Shown: positions 51,173 through 62,100, counted from the stretch's first letter. The stretch is DNA of 64,000 nt from Alphaproteobacteria bacterium (GCA_965178085.1 CBCXTS010000026.1:18109-82108); one strand, 5' to 3'. Program-made: numbers and translations. The notes: a model not told the origin generated them from the sequence alone.

Positions 51173-53863
51173 TTAATCTAGTGTACGAATAATAATGTCT
51201 TGCATATTGGTGCTAAGCATATGCTTATCGAGCATTTGTTGCAAGCATTCATGCATTTTATTTTTGCGTGGACCTTTGAAGCGTTTCCACTGGCTAAAAC
51301 AACCCGCCAGTCTTGCTGCAACTTGAGGGTTGAGTTGGTCAAGCTTTAATAATTGTTGGCCCATAAAATCATATCCATCGCCGTTTTCTTGATGAAATAC
51401 CAGTGGGTTTGCAAAAGCAAAGCCACTTAATAATGCGTAGACTTTATTGGGCTTATGCATCGAAAAAGCGCTATCTTGCATTAAACGCTCCATCAGATCA
51501 ACATTGCAAAATTCTGGAGATGTAGATTGGAGGGAAAACCAATGATCAATAACAATTTCATCATGAGCCCATTGCTCATAAAAAGCATCAAGGCGTACTT
51601 GTGATTGATTGCTTAAAGAACCTTTTTTGTTGCTAAAGCGAGTTAATTGGCGTAACGCGCCCAAGCGCACACTCATGTTATCAGCGTTGTCATATGTTTG
51701 ACAAAAAATATCTTCAGCTTGGTCATGGAAAAAAATAAAGCCCATTAAAGCCACCTGCAAAGCACGATGATTGCGCGCGTTTACGTTGTCTTCAAAAGGC
51801 TTTTCGAGGCTTTGATATAAGTCTAAAATTTTATCTTGATAATGCTGATTGGGTGTCTGCCATAATTGCTTAACTGCTTGTGCTATGGCAATAATATCCA
51901 ACTGCTCCATTTGATCCATCAACGAGGTAATGGTTGGCCATTCAAGCAGTTTTGCATGGAATGCTTTGCTTTCATTGCTAGTGTGATGCAAAATTTTGTT
52001 AAAAATGGCGTCGATTAATTGTAAGGCATCGTTGGAGAGGGTGGGTTGAGATTGGTTTGTTGCAAATAAGGTTGTTTGATCCACTGCAAGCTGATGCAAT
52101 GCTTGGTCACTTTGATCCCATAAAACAAAAGGGTCATGCTCATATTTTAATATAAAAACTGGATCAATTGGGGGCACTTGCTGGAGCTTTACAGGTGCAG
52201 AGAATTGTCGATTTAATATGGCAACTGGCATGGTTTGTATGTTGTCAAACACAAAAGATTGGCATTGTTTGCGCCATATCAAAACTAACTCATCATGATC
52301 GTTATAGCTATAGTCACCTTTTGATGGTGTTTGCGTACAAACATTGCCATTGCTATCAAGCAAACGACAAGCAATTGGAATGGGCAAAGCATGGTGGGTT
52401 TTATCTTCAACATTGACGTCAATGACCAAGCGTTGCTGGTTTTCAATATAGCTGCATTTGGCTAATAATTGAGGAGTGCCTGCATGCTCATACCAATTGA
52501 AAAAATCTTTTAACTTTCCATCGCTAACCGATTCCATTGTTGCAAAAAAATCTTCACATGTTGCAGCGCTGCCATCGTGCTTTTGAATATATTGATCCAT
52601 TGCGAGCATAAATTTTGTTTCGCCTAAAATAGTATGCATCATGCGGATTAATTCAGCTCCTTTTTCATAAACGGTTGCTGTATAAAAATTGTCAATTTGG
52701 CGGTATGCTTTTGGGCGTACTGGATGTGCTAGAGGGCTGCTATCTTCTTCAAATTGTGATTTGCGTAGCATTTGAACATCGTCAATGCGTTTAATAGCAC
52801 GGTCTTGTGTGTCGCTGGTAAATTCTTGATCACGAAACACGGTCAAGCCTTCTTTTAATGAAAGCTGAAACCAATCTCGCAATGTAATACGATTGCCTGT
52901 CCAATTATGAAAATATTCATGTGCGATGATAGAGCTAACCAAATCAAATGCTCGATCTGTTGCGCTTTGGTGGTCTACTAATACATATTTAGCGTTAAAA
53001 ATATTTAACCCCTTATTTTCCATTGCACCCATGTTAAAACTGTTGGTTGCAACAATGTTATACATATCAAGATCGCAAGATAGGCCAAAGCGTTTCTCAT
53101 CCCAACGCATGGCATCTTTAAGCGATTGCATTGCATGATGAGCGCGCTCTGACGTACCAGGGTCACAATAGATGCCAAGGGTTACATTGCGCCCATCCAT
53201 TGTCATAAATTGATCTTCTAGATGATCAAACTTTCCACCTGCTAATGCAAATAAATAAGCCGGTTTATAAAAGGGATCTTGCCAGCAAACATGATGGAGT
53301 AAATCGTTGGCTTGTTGACTGTTTTGGGCCAAACTATGATGGCCGTCATTGCTAGATATACGATTGCCATTGGATAGTAAAACCGGATATTGGTTTTTGG
53401 GCGCTGTGATAGAGACATTCCATTTGCTTAAGCAATCGGGCCTATCTGGATAGAAAGTAATTCTGCGAAAGCCATTTGCCTCACATTGTGTACAAAAGAT
53501 GCCATCGGCATAGTATAAACCCTCAAGGCGGGTATTTTGATTGGGAGAAATAGCAACGATTGTTTCAAGCTTAAATGTTGAAGGGACATTTTTAATTAAA
53601 ATGCCATGTTTGCTCAAGACGTATTGATCCGGTGTCAATTCTGTTGCGTTAAGTTTGATTGATTGTAAATCAAGTTCTTCACCGTCTAGCCACATATCAT
53701 TATGTGTTGAATCGGTGCGCTGTACTTGTAATGTTGCCTCAACAATAGTGCGCGCTGGATCAAGCTCAAACAATAATTGCGTATGGATTATCTTAAAAGG
53801 ATAGGGGGCATAATCTGCAAGCTTAATGAGGGGATCAGTTTGTTCAAGAGGGGTGTTATTCAT
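51173..53863 (-). CDS. pepN: Aminopeptidase N
   Basis: TQCE..GFRRIT, GAMENKGLN, HEYFHNWTGNR, VYEKGAE, NPQVAARL. Confidence 0.97.
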   Translation of the reverse strand: MNNTPLEQTDPLIKLADYAPYPFKIIHTQLLFELDPARTIVEATLQVQRTDSTHNDMWLDGEELDLQSIKLNATELTPDQYVLSKHGILIKNVPSTFKLETIVAISPNQNTRLEGLYYADGIFCTQCEANGFRRITFYPDRPDCLSKWNVSITAPKNQYPVLLSNGNRISSNDGHHSLAQNSQQANDLLHHVCWQDPFYKPAYLFALAGGKFDHLEDQFMTMDGRNVTLGIYCDPGTSERAHHAMQSLKDAMRWDEKRFGLSCDLDMYNIVATNSFNMGAMENKGLNIFNAKYVLVDHQSATDRAFDLVSSIIAHEYFHNWTGNRITLRDWFQLSLKEGLTVFRDQEFTSDTQDRAIKRIDDVQMLRKSQFEEDSSPLAHPVRPKAYRQIDNFYTATVYEKGAELIRMMHTILGETKFMLAMDQYIQKHDGSAATCEDFFATMESVSDGKLKDFFNWYEHAGTPQLLAKCSYIENQQRLVIDVNVEDKTHHALPIPIACRLLDSNGNVCTQTPSKGDYSYNDHDELVLIWRKQCQSFVFDNIQTMPVAILNRQFSAPVKLQQVPPIDPVFILKYEHDPFVLWDQSDQALHQLAVDQTTLFATNQSQPTLSNDALQLIDAIFNKILHHTSNESKAFHAKLLEWPTITSLMDQMEQLDIIAIAQAVKQLWQTPNQHYQDKILDLYQSLEKPFEDNVNARNHRALQVALMGFIFFHDQAEDIFCQTYDNADNMSVRLGALRQLTRFSNKKGSLSNQSQVRLDAFYEQWAHDEIVIDHWFSLQSTSPEFCNVDLMERLMQDSAFSMHKPNKVYALLSGFAFANPLVFHQENGDGYDFMGQQLLKLDQLNPQVAARLAGCFSQWKRFKGPRKNKMHECLQQMLDKHMLSTNMQDIIIRTLD

Positions 53864-53910
53864 CAATAGCTCTTTTATAGGGGGTTGTTGGATTTAATAA
53901 GGTTTTGGGG

Positions 53911-54948
53911 TTAACTTGTGCGATTGATACAATAATATGCAAGTTTAGTAAGGTTTTCTCGCATAGGTGTGGGTGGAAAAATCCTTAAGGCGTCTTCTGC
54001 AACTGTTGCAAAATAATGTGCGCGTGCTTGCGTATCTGTAAAAGCATCATGCTTTTTCATCAATGATATAGCGTGTTCTAAGTCTCCAGTTTGGATATTA
54101 TCATCTACAATGGTGCGCTTCCAAAATATGCGCTCTTTTGTTGTGCCGCGCAACCATGCAAGCAATACGGGTAAGGTAACTTTGCCTTCTCTAAAATCAT
54201 CGCCAATTGTTTTGCCAAGCTTTGTTTGATTGGCATCATAATCTAGAATGTCGTCGCTTAATTGAAACGCAATGCCTAAATTGGTACCATATTCGCCAAG
54301 AGCATTTTCATAAGCCTCACCGCTTTCACTAACAATGGCAGGCACTTTGGCAGCAGCAGTAAAAAGGACAGCTGTTTTTGCTGCGATCATTTCCATATAT
54401 TGATTTTCAGATACTTCCAGCGTACGCGTTGTTTGCAATTGCATTACCTCACCTTCTGCTATTCGAGCGGATGCATCGCTTAACAGTTTTAATACGCGTA
54501 ATGAGCCATCGGTGACCATCAATTGAAAGGCGCGTGAAAATAAAAAATCTCCAACAAGTACAGATGCTTGATTGCCCCATATGGTATTGGCGCTGGCTTG
54601 CCCGCGGCGTAAGAGGCTTTCATCAACAACATCATCATGGAGCAAAGTTGCTGCGTGGATAAACTCTACACATGCTGCAAGGCCGATATGGCGTTGGCCA
54701 ACATAATTGCACAAATTAGCCCCTGCAAGTGTCAGCAATGGTCGAATGCGCTTGCCGCCACTGGCAATTAAATGCCCTGCTAATTGTGGGATCATCGAAA
54801 CCGAGCTTTGCATTTGATCAATGATCGTATGGTTTACGCGTGCAAGATCATCTTCAACGATACTTGAAATAGTATGAATGGGTGATAAGTTGCTTGGTTC
54901 AATTGCTTGGTCGTTGGTTGTTTTGTTGATAGGCACGACATTATTCAT
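53911..54948 (-). CDS. ispB: Polyprenyl diphosphate synthase (IspB/DdsA)
   Basis: GGKRIRP, LLHDDVVD..LRRG, FQLSDDILDY, GDDFREGK. Confidence 0.9.
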   Translation of the reverse strand: MNNVVPINKTTNDQAIEPSNLSPIHTISSIVEDDLARVNHTIIDQMQSSVSMIPQLAGHLIASGGKRIRPLLTLAGANLCNYVGQRHIGLAACVEFIHAATLLHDDVVDESLLRRGQASANTIWGNQASVLVGDFLFSRAFQLMVTDGSLRVLKLLSDASARIAEGEVMQLQTTRTLEVSENQYMEMIAAKTAVLFTAAAKVPAIVSESGEAYENALGEYGTNLGIAFQLSDDILDYDANQTKLGKTIGDDFREGKVTLPVLLAWLRGTTKERIFWKRTIVDDNIQTGDLEHAISLMKKHDAFTDTQARAHYFATVAEDALRIFPPTPMRENLTKLAYYCINRTS

Positions 54949-54993
54949 GATGGGCTCATTAAAGGTAATCTTTATCAAGATTGATGATGCAAA

Positions 54994-55133
54994 CTATTTG
55001 AATGCAAGCATTTATATGGGAATTTATATGACATAGTATTACGCGGTTATGGGATATTAATGCAAGGTATTTTATGGGGGTATTTTGTGCAAGGTATTGA
55101 ATGCAAGACATTTATGAGGGCATTTGATGGGTG
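54994..55133. repeat. Degenerate ~13-15 bp minisatellite
   Basis: About ten related units, e.g. TATTAATGCAAGG, TATTTTATGGGGG, TATTTTGTGCAAGG, TATTGAATGCAAGA, CATTTATGAGGG. Confidence 0.65.
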
Positions 55134-55294
55134 CTCTTAATGGCAGACTATCAAGATAGACATAACTATGTGATATTTAATATTTGCTTAAATTTTAGAT
55201 TTCAAGGAGGATTTTATCTTGCTTTGGCTGGAATGTCATGGTTGAAGGCATGATGGTTATGGGTGATGAAACGATGCTTATATCTTTAAAACAA

Positions 55295-55370
55295 GGGCGC
55301 TTAGCTCAGTTGCTAGAGCAGCTGACTTTTAATCAACGGATCACAGGTTTGAGCCTTTTAGCGCCTACCA
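55295..55370 (+). tRNA. Degenerate tRNA-Lys(UUU), probable pseudo-tRNA
   Basis: 76-nt cloverleaf GGGCGCT...AGCGCCT-ACCA, D stem GCTC/GAGC, anticodon loop CTTTTAA. Defects: G19>C, T-loop TTTGAGC, mismatches in the anticodon and T stems. Confidence 0.85.
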
Positions 55371-55659
55371 TTGCATGCTTTCAATGTTGTTGTTTTTAAA
55401 AGTCCACCTTAAGAAATGCTGTTTGCAAAGAATATTGTCGATGTCAACTTTATCCTATATTGGTATTGTTTTTAACAAGGGACTTTGCATCATCAAGCTT
55501 TATAAAAATTAATGCATTGCTCAAAGCAAAAAACACTTGAAAAAATAATACAAAAGCAGATATGAATACGTATAAATGTAATAATAGAAAAGCTAGCTTA
55601 CATCATTTAAAAAACTGACTATTATTATCAATGAATATTATGATGGAAAGGATACATCC

Positions 55660-56853
55660 ATGCAATTGGCACAGTCGCTATCAAGATTAGGTACAGAAAC
55701 GGCTTTTCAAGTATCAGCTGGAGTAGAAAGACTAAAACGTGAAGGTCATCACCCAGTTAACCTTGGAGTAGGACAGCCTGATTTTAAAACTGCACCACAT
55801 ATTGTAGAAGCTGCTGTGAAGGCTTTAAGAGATGGTCAGCATGGTTATACTTTGCCACAAGGGATATTGCCTTTGCGTGAAACGGTTAGTCAATTTTTGT
55901 TTAATCGCTATCAAGCCAATGTATCGCCTGAGCATATTATGATTGTGCCAGGGGGTAAGGTTACAATGTTTTTAGCAGCGATGATATTTGGAGAAAAAGG
56001 CAAAGAAATTATTTATCCAAATCCAGGTTTTCCTATTTATGAAAGCGTGATCCGCTATAGCGGCGCAACAGCTGTACCTGTACCGCTTCAAGAAAAAAAT
56101 AACTTTGAGGTTAAGGCCGATGATATTTTATCAAAAATAACGCCTAAAACATCGCTGATTATTTTAAACACGCCATCTAATCCATTAGGCAGTGTGATGG
56201 AAAAGACTGAGATGGATAAGCTTGTTGTGGGGTTAGAAAAATTTCCTGAAGTGGTTTTAATGGTTGATGAAATCTACTCACAGCAAACCTATGATGGGTT
56301 TGTTCACCATAGTATCCTAAATTATGAGCATTTACGCGATAGGGTTATTATGCTTGATGGTTGGTCCAAAACATGGGCTATGACAGGTTGGAGACTTGGG
56401 TTTGGTGTTTGGCCTGCAAAATTAATTGAAAAAGTTGATCATTTTTGCGTTAATATCCATTCATGTGTTAATAGTGCCGCGCAATTTGCAGCAATAGCAG
56501 CAATGGAAGGTCCCCAAGATAGCGTGCATGAGATGGTGGAGATTTTTGACCAACGTAGGCGCCATATTGTAGCAAAACTTAATGCTATGCCAGGAATGAC
56601 ATGTGCTACACCAAAAGGAGCATTTTATGTGTTTCCAAACATATCGGCATTAGGTCAAAATAGCCGTTTTTGGCAAAATAAAATATTAGAAGAAGCCCAT
56701 GTAGGAACCATTGCAGGCACAAGTTTCGGCGCATATGGTGAAGGGTATTTACGTCTTTCATATGCATCATCGATGGAAGATATTGATGAGGCACTTGTGC
56801 GCATTGAAAAGCTTGTTACGCAATATGCAAATGATCATAGCTTAAAACTTTAA
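55660..56853 (+). CDS. Class I/II PLP-dependent aminotransferase (aspartate aminotransferase-like)
   Basis: GQPDF, NTPSNP.G, DEIY, SKTWAMTGWRLG. Confidence 0.95.
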   Translation: MQLAQSLSRLGTETAFQVSAGVERLKREGHHPVNLGVGQPDFKTAPHIVEAAVKALRDGQHGYTLPQGILPLRETVSQFLFNRYQANVSPEHIMIVPGGKVTMFLAAMIFGEKGKEIIYPNPGFPIYESVIRYSGATAVPVPLQEKNNFEVKADDILSKITPKTSLIILNTPSNPLGSVMEKTEMDKLVVGLEKFPEVVLMVDEIYSQQTYDGFVHHSILNYEHLRDRVIMLDGWSKTWAMTGWRLGFGVWPAKLIEKVDHFCVNIHSCVNSAAQFAAIAAMEGPQDSVHEMVEIFDQRRRHIVAKLNAMPGMTCATPKGAFYVFPNISALGQNSRFWQNKILEEAHVGTIAGTSFGAYGEGYLRLSYASSMEDIDEALVRIEKLVTQYANDHSLKL

Positions 56854-56898
56854 GCTATTTGGCATCTTACAATTTGGTTGGATTATAATTTTGTTGGA

Positions 56899-58482
56899 TT
56901 AAAATCCTGTTGCCGTGCCATCTTTGCGTGAGTCAGAGCCGCCAATCCAGGTCTGTGGGTTATCTAGATTGCGTATAATGGCTTGCCCACCACCAATAGG
57001 TGATGATGGATATTCAAGCGTGTGTCCGCGATCGCTTAAAGCATCAGCAGTGTCTTGAGAAAAACCAGCTTCTAGCTCTAAGGTATCATCAAATGCAAAC
57101 GCACGCGGAGCATCGATGGCTTCTTGTGGGTCCATGGAAAAATCTACAATATTGCTAATAAAATTTGCATGCCCAGCAGCTTGGTATTGACCACCCATCA
57201 CACCAAATGGGCCAATTAAGTCATCGTCTTTTGTGATCATGGCGGGGATAATTGTGTGCATTGGGCGTTTTAGTGGGGCAATAACATTTGGATGGTCTTT
57301 GGTTAGTTGAAACGAGCGCCCGCGTGAATGGAGTAATATACCAGATTGAGGTGCTGTAATGCCTGAGCCGAAGCTATCGAAAAGAGAATTAATGAACGAA
57401 ACCGCCATACCGTTTTGATCAACTGCAGCCAAATAGATTGTATCAGGATGGGTTGGAAAATCTGTTGGAGAAGAAGGTCCAGCCTTTTTCATGTCAATTT
57501 TTTCGGCAAGCATTTCGATGGTGTTGCTAGATAATAGCCATTCGGTTTTATCGCTAGTGTGTTTTGGATCTCCTAGATGTTGGTCGCGCATTGCATAAGC
57601 AAGTTTGCTTGCTTCTGCAAATAGATGGATACGATCGATCTCGGAAAAGCTTTGTATATTAAAATGTTCTACTATTTTAAGGATCATCAAAGCAACAATA
57701 CCTTGCGAATTAGGAGGGCATTCCCAAATGGTGTAACCGCGATAGTTGGCTGAAATGGGCTGCACAAATTGTGCTTGTGTTGTTGCAAAATCAAAAGGTT
57801 GGTGCAACCCACCAAGCCCTTGTAATGTAGAGATGATGTCATCTGCAATCCAACTTTTATAAAAACCGTCCATGCCATAGGCTGCTATATGGCGATAAGC
57901 GCTTGCTAACCTAGTATTTTGAAATATATCACCAGTTTGATAAGGGTTGCCATCGCGCAAATAAATATCGCTTGTAGCATTGTGGATGGACAGCTTGTCG
58001 CTATGATTGGCCCAATCATGGGCAACGCGGGGATGGACTGCAATACCTTTTTCTGCATAATGAATGGCAGAATCAAACAATTTACTCCATTCAAGGATCC
58101 CAAATCGTTTATGTAATGCCCACCAAGCAGCAACTGCCCCGGGCACTGTCACACTGTGAGGGCTGGTGACGTCAAGTTTTGTAATGCCTAAATCAAACAT
58201 ATGATCAAGTCTTGCGGCTTCAGGTGTGCGTCCAGAGCCATTAATGGCAACTAAATCCGTGTCATCAGATGGCTTGACAAGAGCAAAGCAATCTCCACCA
58301 ATACCGCTCATGTGAGGCTCACCAATTGCTAAAATAGCAGTTGCTGCAATGGCTGCATCAATAGCCGAACCGCCTTGAGAGAGGATATGCAAACCTATAG
58401 AACTTGCAATTGGATGAGAAGTTGCAATCATTGCATTGTCGGCCATAATGCATGAACGACCGGGCAAACTGAAATTACGCAT
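56899..58482 (-). CDS. ggt: Gamma-glutamyltransferase family protein
   Basis: GGSAIDAAIA, SGIGGD, TVPGA, nucleophile DT(IYL), KRPMHTIIP, GVMGG.YQ, DSRKDG. Confidence 0.93.
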   Translation of the reverse strand: MRNFSLPGRSCIMADNAMIATSHPIASSIGLHILSQGGSAIDAAIAATAILAIGEPHMSGIGGDCFALVKPSDDTDLVAINGSGRTPEAARLDHMFDLGITKLDVTSPHSVTVPGAVAAWWALHKRFGILEWSKLFDSAIHYAEKGIAVHPRVAHDWANHSDKLSIHNATSDIYLRDGNPYQTGDIFQNTRLASAYRHIAAYGMDGFYKSWIADDIISTLQGLGGLHQPFDFATTQAQFVQPISANYRGYTIWECPPNSQGIVALMILKIVEHFNIQSFSEIDRIHLFAEASKLAYAMRDQHLGDPKHTSDKTEWLLSSNTIEMLAEKIDMKKAGPSSPTDFPTHPDTIYLAAVDQNGMAVSFINSLFDSFGSGITAPQSGILLHSRGRSFQLTKDHPNVIAPLKRPMHTIIPAMITKDDDLIGPFGVMGGQYQAAGHANFISNIVDFSMDPQEAIDAPRAFAFDDTLELEAGFSQDTADALSDRGHTLEYPSSPIGGGQAIIRNLDNPQTWIGGSDSRKDGTATGF

Positions 58483-58652
58483 TATATTAATCCTCAAGAA
58501 TCCAGATATTGAAAAAATCGTTGGATCATCATTATAGGCTAAAAGAAGTATAATATCCAGTAATGGACATTGCTTTTTGTGATATATTTATCTACAAACT
58601 TTTAAAAGATATCTTCTAGCAAACATATATGTATGACAGAAAGGTAAAGCTC

Positions 58653-59768
58653 ATGGATAAAATTTCAAATAATATTCCACCTACAATGAAAGCTTTTTTA
58701 TTGAAAGGTCATGGAGGGTTTGATCAATTGGTGCTTGAGCAAATAGCTACGCCTGTCATTAAGGACAATGATGTATTGATTAAAGTAGGTGCATGTGGGC
58801 TTAATAACACCGATATTAATACGCGCACTGGCTGGTATTCTAAAACAGTAGAAGAAGGCACAACAGGATCTAACCTTGAAAGTGCAAAAAATGAGGATTC
58901 AAGCTGGGATGGAAACGACATCCAACTACCAAGAATTCAAGGCGCAGATATTGTTGGACATATTGTAGCATTAGGCAAGCATGTTGATGGTGGGCTGTTA
59001 GGAAAGAGAGTTTTGGTTGAGCCGTGGTTGCGTAATTTTGGCCCTAACGGTGAAAATGATGCATGGGGATATCTTGGCTCAGAGTGTGATGGAGGCTATA
59101 GCCAATATACAGCTATTGACCATCGTCAGGTATATCCAATTGATAGTTCCTTATGCGACAGTGAGCTTGCAACATTTGCCACCTCGTATGTCACAGCTGA
59201 AAATATGATCAGCCAAGCCAATGTAGGTCCAAAAGACAAGGTGCTCATTACGGGGGGCTCAGGAGGGGTTGGCTCAGCACTCATCCAACTATGTCAAAGG
59301 CGAGGTGCAACTGTTATTGCCATGGCAAGCAGCGCAAAGCATGCTGCAATGGAGCAAATCGTCAATCCAGATTTTCTATTGCCTAGATCTTGCCCCAATT
59401 TATGCAAAACTTTAAAAGAAACAACAGGATCTGAGCAAGTTGACGTTGTGTTGGATGCTGTGGGGGGTGAAATGTGGCCGCAATTGATTGATGCATTAGC
59501 ACGCTTTGGACGTTATAGCTGTTCAGGTGCAATTGCTGGGCCCATTGTACGGTTTGATTTGCGTAGGTTTTATCTCAACAATCTTGTTTTTACAGGGGCA
59601 ACGATTGTACCATTTGGTATGTTTGGAAATTTGGTAAGCTATATCGAGCATAGTGAGATTAAACCTTTGCTTGCCAAAACATACAAGTTTGAAGATCTGC
59701 ACATAGCCCAGCAAGATTTTATTGATAAAAAACATATAGGTAATCTTGTTATTGATATGAACGCTTAA
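58653..59768 (+). CDS. MDR-family (zinc-binding alcohol dehydrogenase / quinone reductase-like) oxidoreductase
   Basis: GLNNTDINTR.GWY, PRIQGAD..G, LITGGSGGVG. Confidence 0.9.
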   Translation: MDKISNNIPPTMKAFLLKGHGGFDQLVLEQIATPVIKDNDVLIKVGACGLNNTDINTRTGWYSKTVEEGTTGSNLESAKNEDSSWDGNDIQLPRIQGADIVGHIVALGKHVDGGLLGKRVLVEPWLRNFGPNGENDAWGYLGSECDGGYSQYTAIDHRQVYPIDSSLCDSELATFATSYVTAENMISQANVGPKDKVLITGGSGGVGSALIQLCQRRGATVIAMASSAKHAAMEQIVNPDFLLPRSCPNLCKTLKETTGSEQVDVVLDAVGGEMWPQLIDALARFGRYSCSGAIAGPIVRFDLRRFYLNNLVFTGATIVPFGMFGNLVSYIEHSEIKPLLAKTYKFEDLHIAQQDFIDKKHIGNLVIDMNA

Positions 59769-59963
59769 GCCAAGCTATTTGAATGCAAGGGCACTATTTG
59801 GACATGCCAAAGGTCTTTCTATAAGCATTGATAATATAACCATCAAAGTTGAGGCCGCAAATGGGCTTAAGATAGAATCTATATGGGCTAGTAGATATTG
59901 CCCGTTGTAGTGGGCCATGATATTAAAAAGTGAACAATGATATTACGCTTTAAATGCGTGTTA

Positions 59964-61973
59964 TTATTGTGTAATGCCCGTGTTTGTAATGCCCGTGTTT
60001 GTAATGCTTGGATTTGTAATGTTTGTGATTGCGCCGATGATTGTATTGGTAAATGTTTGAAATAATTGTTTGGCTGAATGGGCATTGATGCCAAGAGCAT
60101 TATGGTCTATAGGCGTGCTTGCAAGATTGTCTTCAAGCGTTTGCAATTTGGGCCAATTACCCTTTGCAAGTTCTGTTAAAGATGTTGCATGCTGGTTTAA
60201 GCGATCGGCATAAATCCAACTATTGCTAAGCACATCTTTTACATATCGACGAGTTTCAAGTGCTTTAAGACTTTCAACTAGCAATAAAGGATCGTTAAAT
60301 TTTTGCACAGGTCTGTTCCATTTAAGCATATTGCCAGGGCCTGCATTATAGCTGATGAGGGCTTTGACCAGGTTTTCTTTTATATGGTCTTGCTCAATGA
60401 GGTGGATTAAATATTTTTGGCCAAGATGGATATTCAATTCATGTTTAAATAGCTGTGAGCGTGAGGAACGCTTTCTAAAACGTTGGTTAGAGATAAAATT
60501 TGCTGTAGCAGGCATTAGTTGCATCAATCCTCTTGCACCTGACTGGCTGATGGCAGTAGCTCTAAAGGCAGATTCTTTGCGTATAATAGCAAAAATCAAA
60601 GAAGAAGGTAAACGAAACTCGATATCGCTAGCCCACCCAGGAATAGGATATAATGCGTTATCAACCCATACACCACTGCTTTTGGCAATGTAGCGCCCAA
60701 GATCATAGGCAAGTTCGGCAAGGCCAGCCTCTTCGGTAAAATGCACAAGCCATATTTTTGCATTATCAGAAAGTAAGTTAATAACAGGCTTAACGGTTTT
60801 ATTAGCGCGATTATGCCTGCCTAACTCAACCAATGCAGTAGCGCGTCGGATAAGTTCGGTCTGGCGAAATTCACGATCAACTTGCTGGCTATATGATGTG
60901 GTTTGCCAATTATATTGGAGATCAATGCCTAAAACTTCATTGGCTAGAACACTATAGAAAGTATGCTTAAGGGGCCCACTTGCTGCAGTCTTTAAGTAAG
61001 AGGTAGCATTTTGTGGGTTAGATGCAGCAAGATAAGCACGCCATATCCAAAAATTTAACTGTGCTAAACGAGCGTCGTTGTCTTTGATCTCCCAAGAAGA
61101 TAGCGCAGTCTTAAATAACTCTACAGCGCTTTCATAGCGCTCTAGCCGCCATGCGGAAAGCCCTGCCCACCAGCCAAGATTGGCCGTGCAAATGGTTGGG
61201 TCTTGCGATGCTTGGAGATGTTTTGTTAAAGCAATGGCCTTTTCATCAAACTGATGGTGATAATAACCGCGCGCAATATAGCCCAGTGCTTTTTGAAAAC
61301 CGCATTGGCCAAGTGTTTTGCGGTTGATGAGAGCATGCTTAAGAGAACGCGAGACGTAGCTTTTTTCAATATCACGGCGATATTGGCGCAATAGTCTATT
61401 GGCTGTTCTAGAAACAACATATGGTTTTGGTTTGCCCGAAGATCTTTGAGATAGTTTGATCGAACCAGCCGTGTTTTTTAAGCTGTTTGGGATATAAGGT
61501 ATTGAAGGCCGAGCAGGGTTTTTATAGTTTTTTGGTTTGCGTTTTAAGGCAAGTCGATGAACGCGTTTTGCCCCTGGGTGATCGCCATATTGTTTGAGCC
61601 AATTGCGTAGTTCTTTAAAAGAAGAGCGGTATTTTGTAGGATGCATATAGCGCTGGAATTGAACCTCGCCAATTAAAATAGGATCTTTTAGTTTTTTAAT
61701 TAAGCCATCAGCTTCTTTCCATTTTCCATTTTCTTGTAAAGCAAAAATTAAAGAATAGGTTTGAAGATCTTTGCTAGAAAGCACCGTAGGTAGTACAAAA
61801 TCACTATCTTGAAGGCTGCTTTGACCTGTTGCAATGGATGCAGCAGATGGCTTGATAGTGTTCGTGCTTTGTGCTGTGGTAACTGGATACATAAAAGCAG
61901 TCGCCATAAAAACTAAGAAAAATGCTAGAGGATGCATGCTTATTACGAACTTTCTAAATTTAAAACTTGTCAC
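59964..61973 (-). CDS. Lytic transglycosylase (SLT domain)
   Basis: AIIRKESAF, GARGLMQLMPATA, SYNAGPG, ETRRYVK; N-terminal signal-like segment; start GTG 61973 or ATG 61937. Confidence 0.93.
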   Translation of the reverse strand: MTSFKFRKFVISMHPLAFFLVFMATAFMYPVTTAQSTNTIKPSAASIATGQSSLQDSDFVLPTVLSSKDLQTYSLIFALQENGKWKEADGLIKKLKDPILIGEVQFQRYMHPTKYRSSFKELRNWLKQYGDHPGAKRVHRLALKRKPKNYKNPARPSIPYIPNSLKNTAGSIKLSQRSSGKPKPYVVSRTANRLLRQYRRDIEKSYVSRSLKHALINRKTLGQCGFQKALGYIARGYYHHQFDEKAIALTKHLQASQDPTICTANLGWWAGLSAWRLERYESAVELFKTALSSWEIKDNDARLAQLNFWIWRAYLAASNPQNATSYLKTAASGPLKHTFYSVLANEVLGIDLQYNWQTTSYSQQVDREFRQTELIRRATALVELGRHNRANKTVKPVINLLSDNAKIWLVHFTEEAGLAELAYDLGRYIAKSSGVWVDNALYPIPGWASDIEFRLPSSLIFAIIRKESAFRATAISQSGARGLMQLMPATANFISNQRFRKRSSRSQLFKHELNIHLGQKYLIHLIEQDHIKENLVKALISYNAGPGNMLKWNRPVQKFNDPLLLVESLKALETRRYVKDVLSNSWIYADRLNQHATSLTELAKGNWPKLQTLEDNLASTPIDHNALGINAHSAKQLFQTFTNTIIGAITNITNPSITNTGITNTGITQ
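59971..60024. repeat. 15-bp coding tandem repeat (ITNTG) at the SLT C-terminus
   Basis: GTAATGCCCGTGTTT x2, then GTAATGCTTGGATTT and a partial copy. Confidence 0.9.
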
Positions 61974-62062
61974 TAGCGCTCAAAGCTTATGTAAAATATA
62001 TTGCCATGGCATAAGCTAATTGAACACGCCGATATTGACATGTGTTACTTTTAAATACACAA

Positions 62063-62100
62063 TTATTATGCCAACCAACTTTTATTATGCCAACCAACTT
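62063..62100. repeat. 19-bp tandem duplication
   Basis: TTATTATGCCAACCAACTT x2. Confidence 0.95.

Noticed and set aside
61990-62040. sigma54 or sigma28 promoter near the SLT start
   Set aside because: The minus-strand TGGCA has no GC at the required 10-nt spacing, and the plus-strand GCCGATAT lacks a correctly spaced TAAA.
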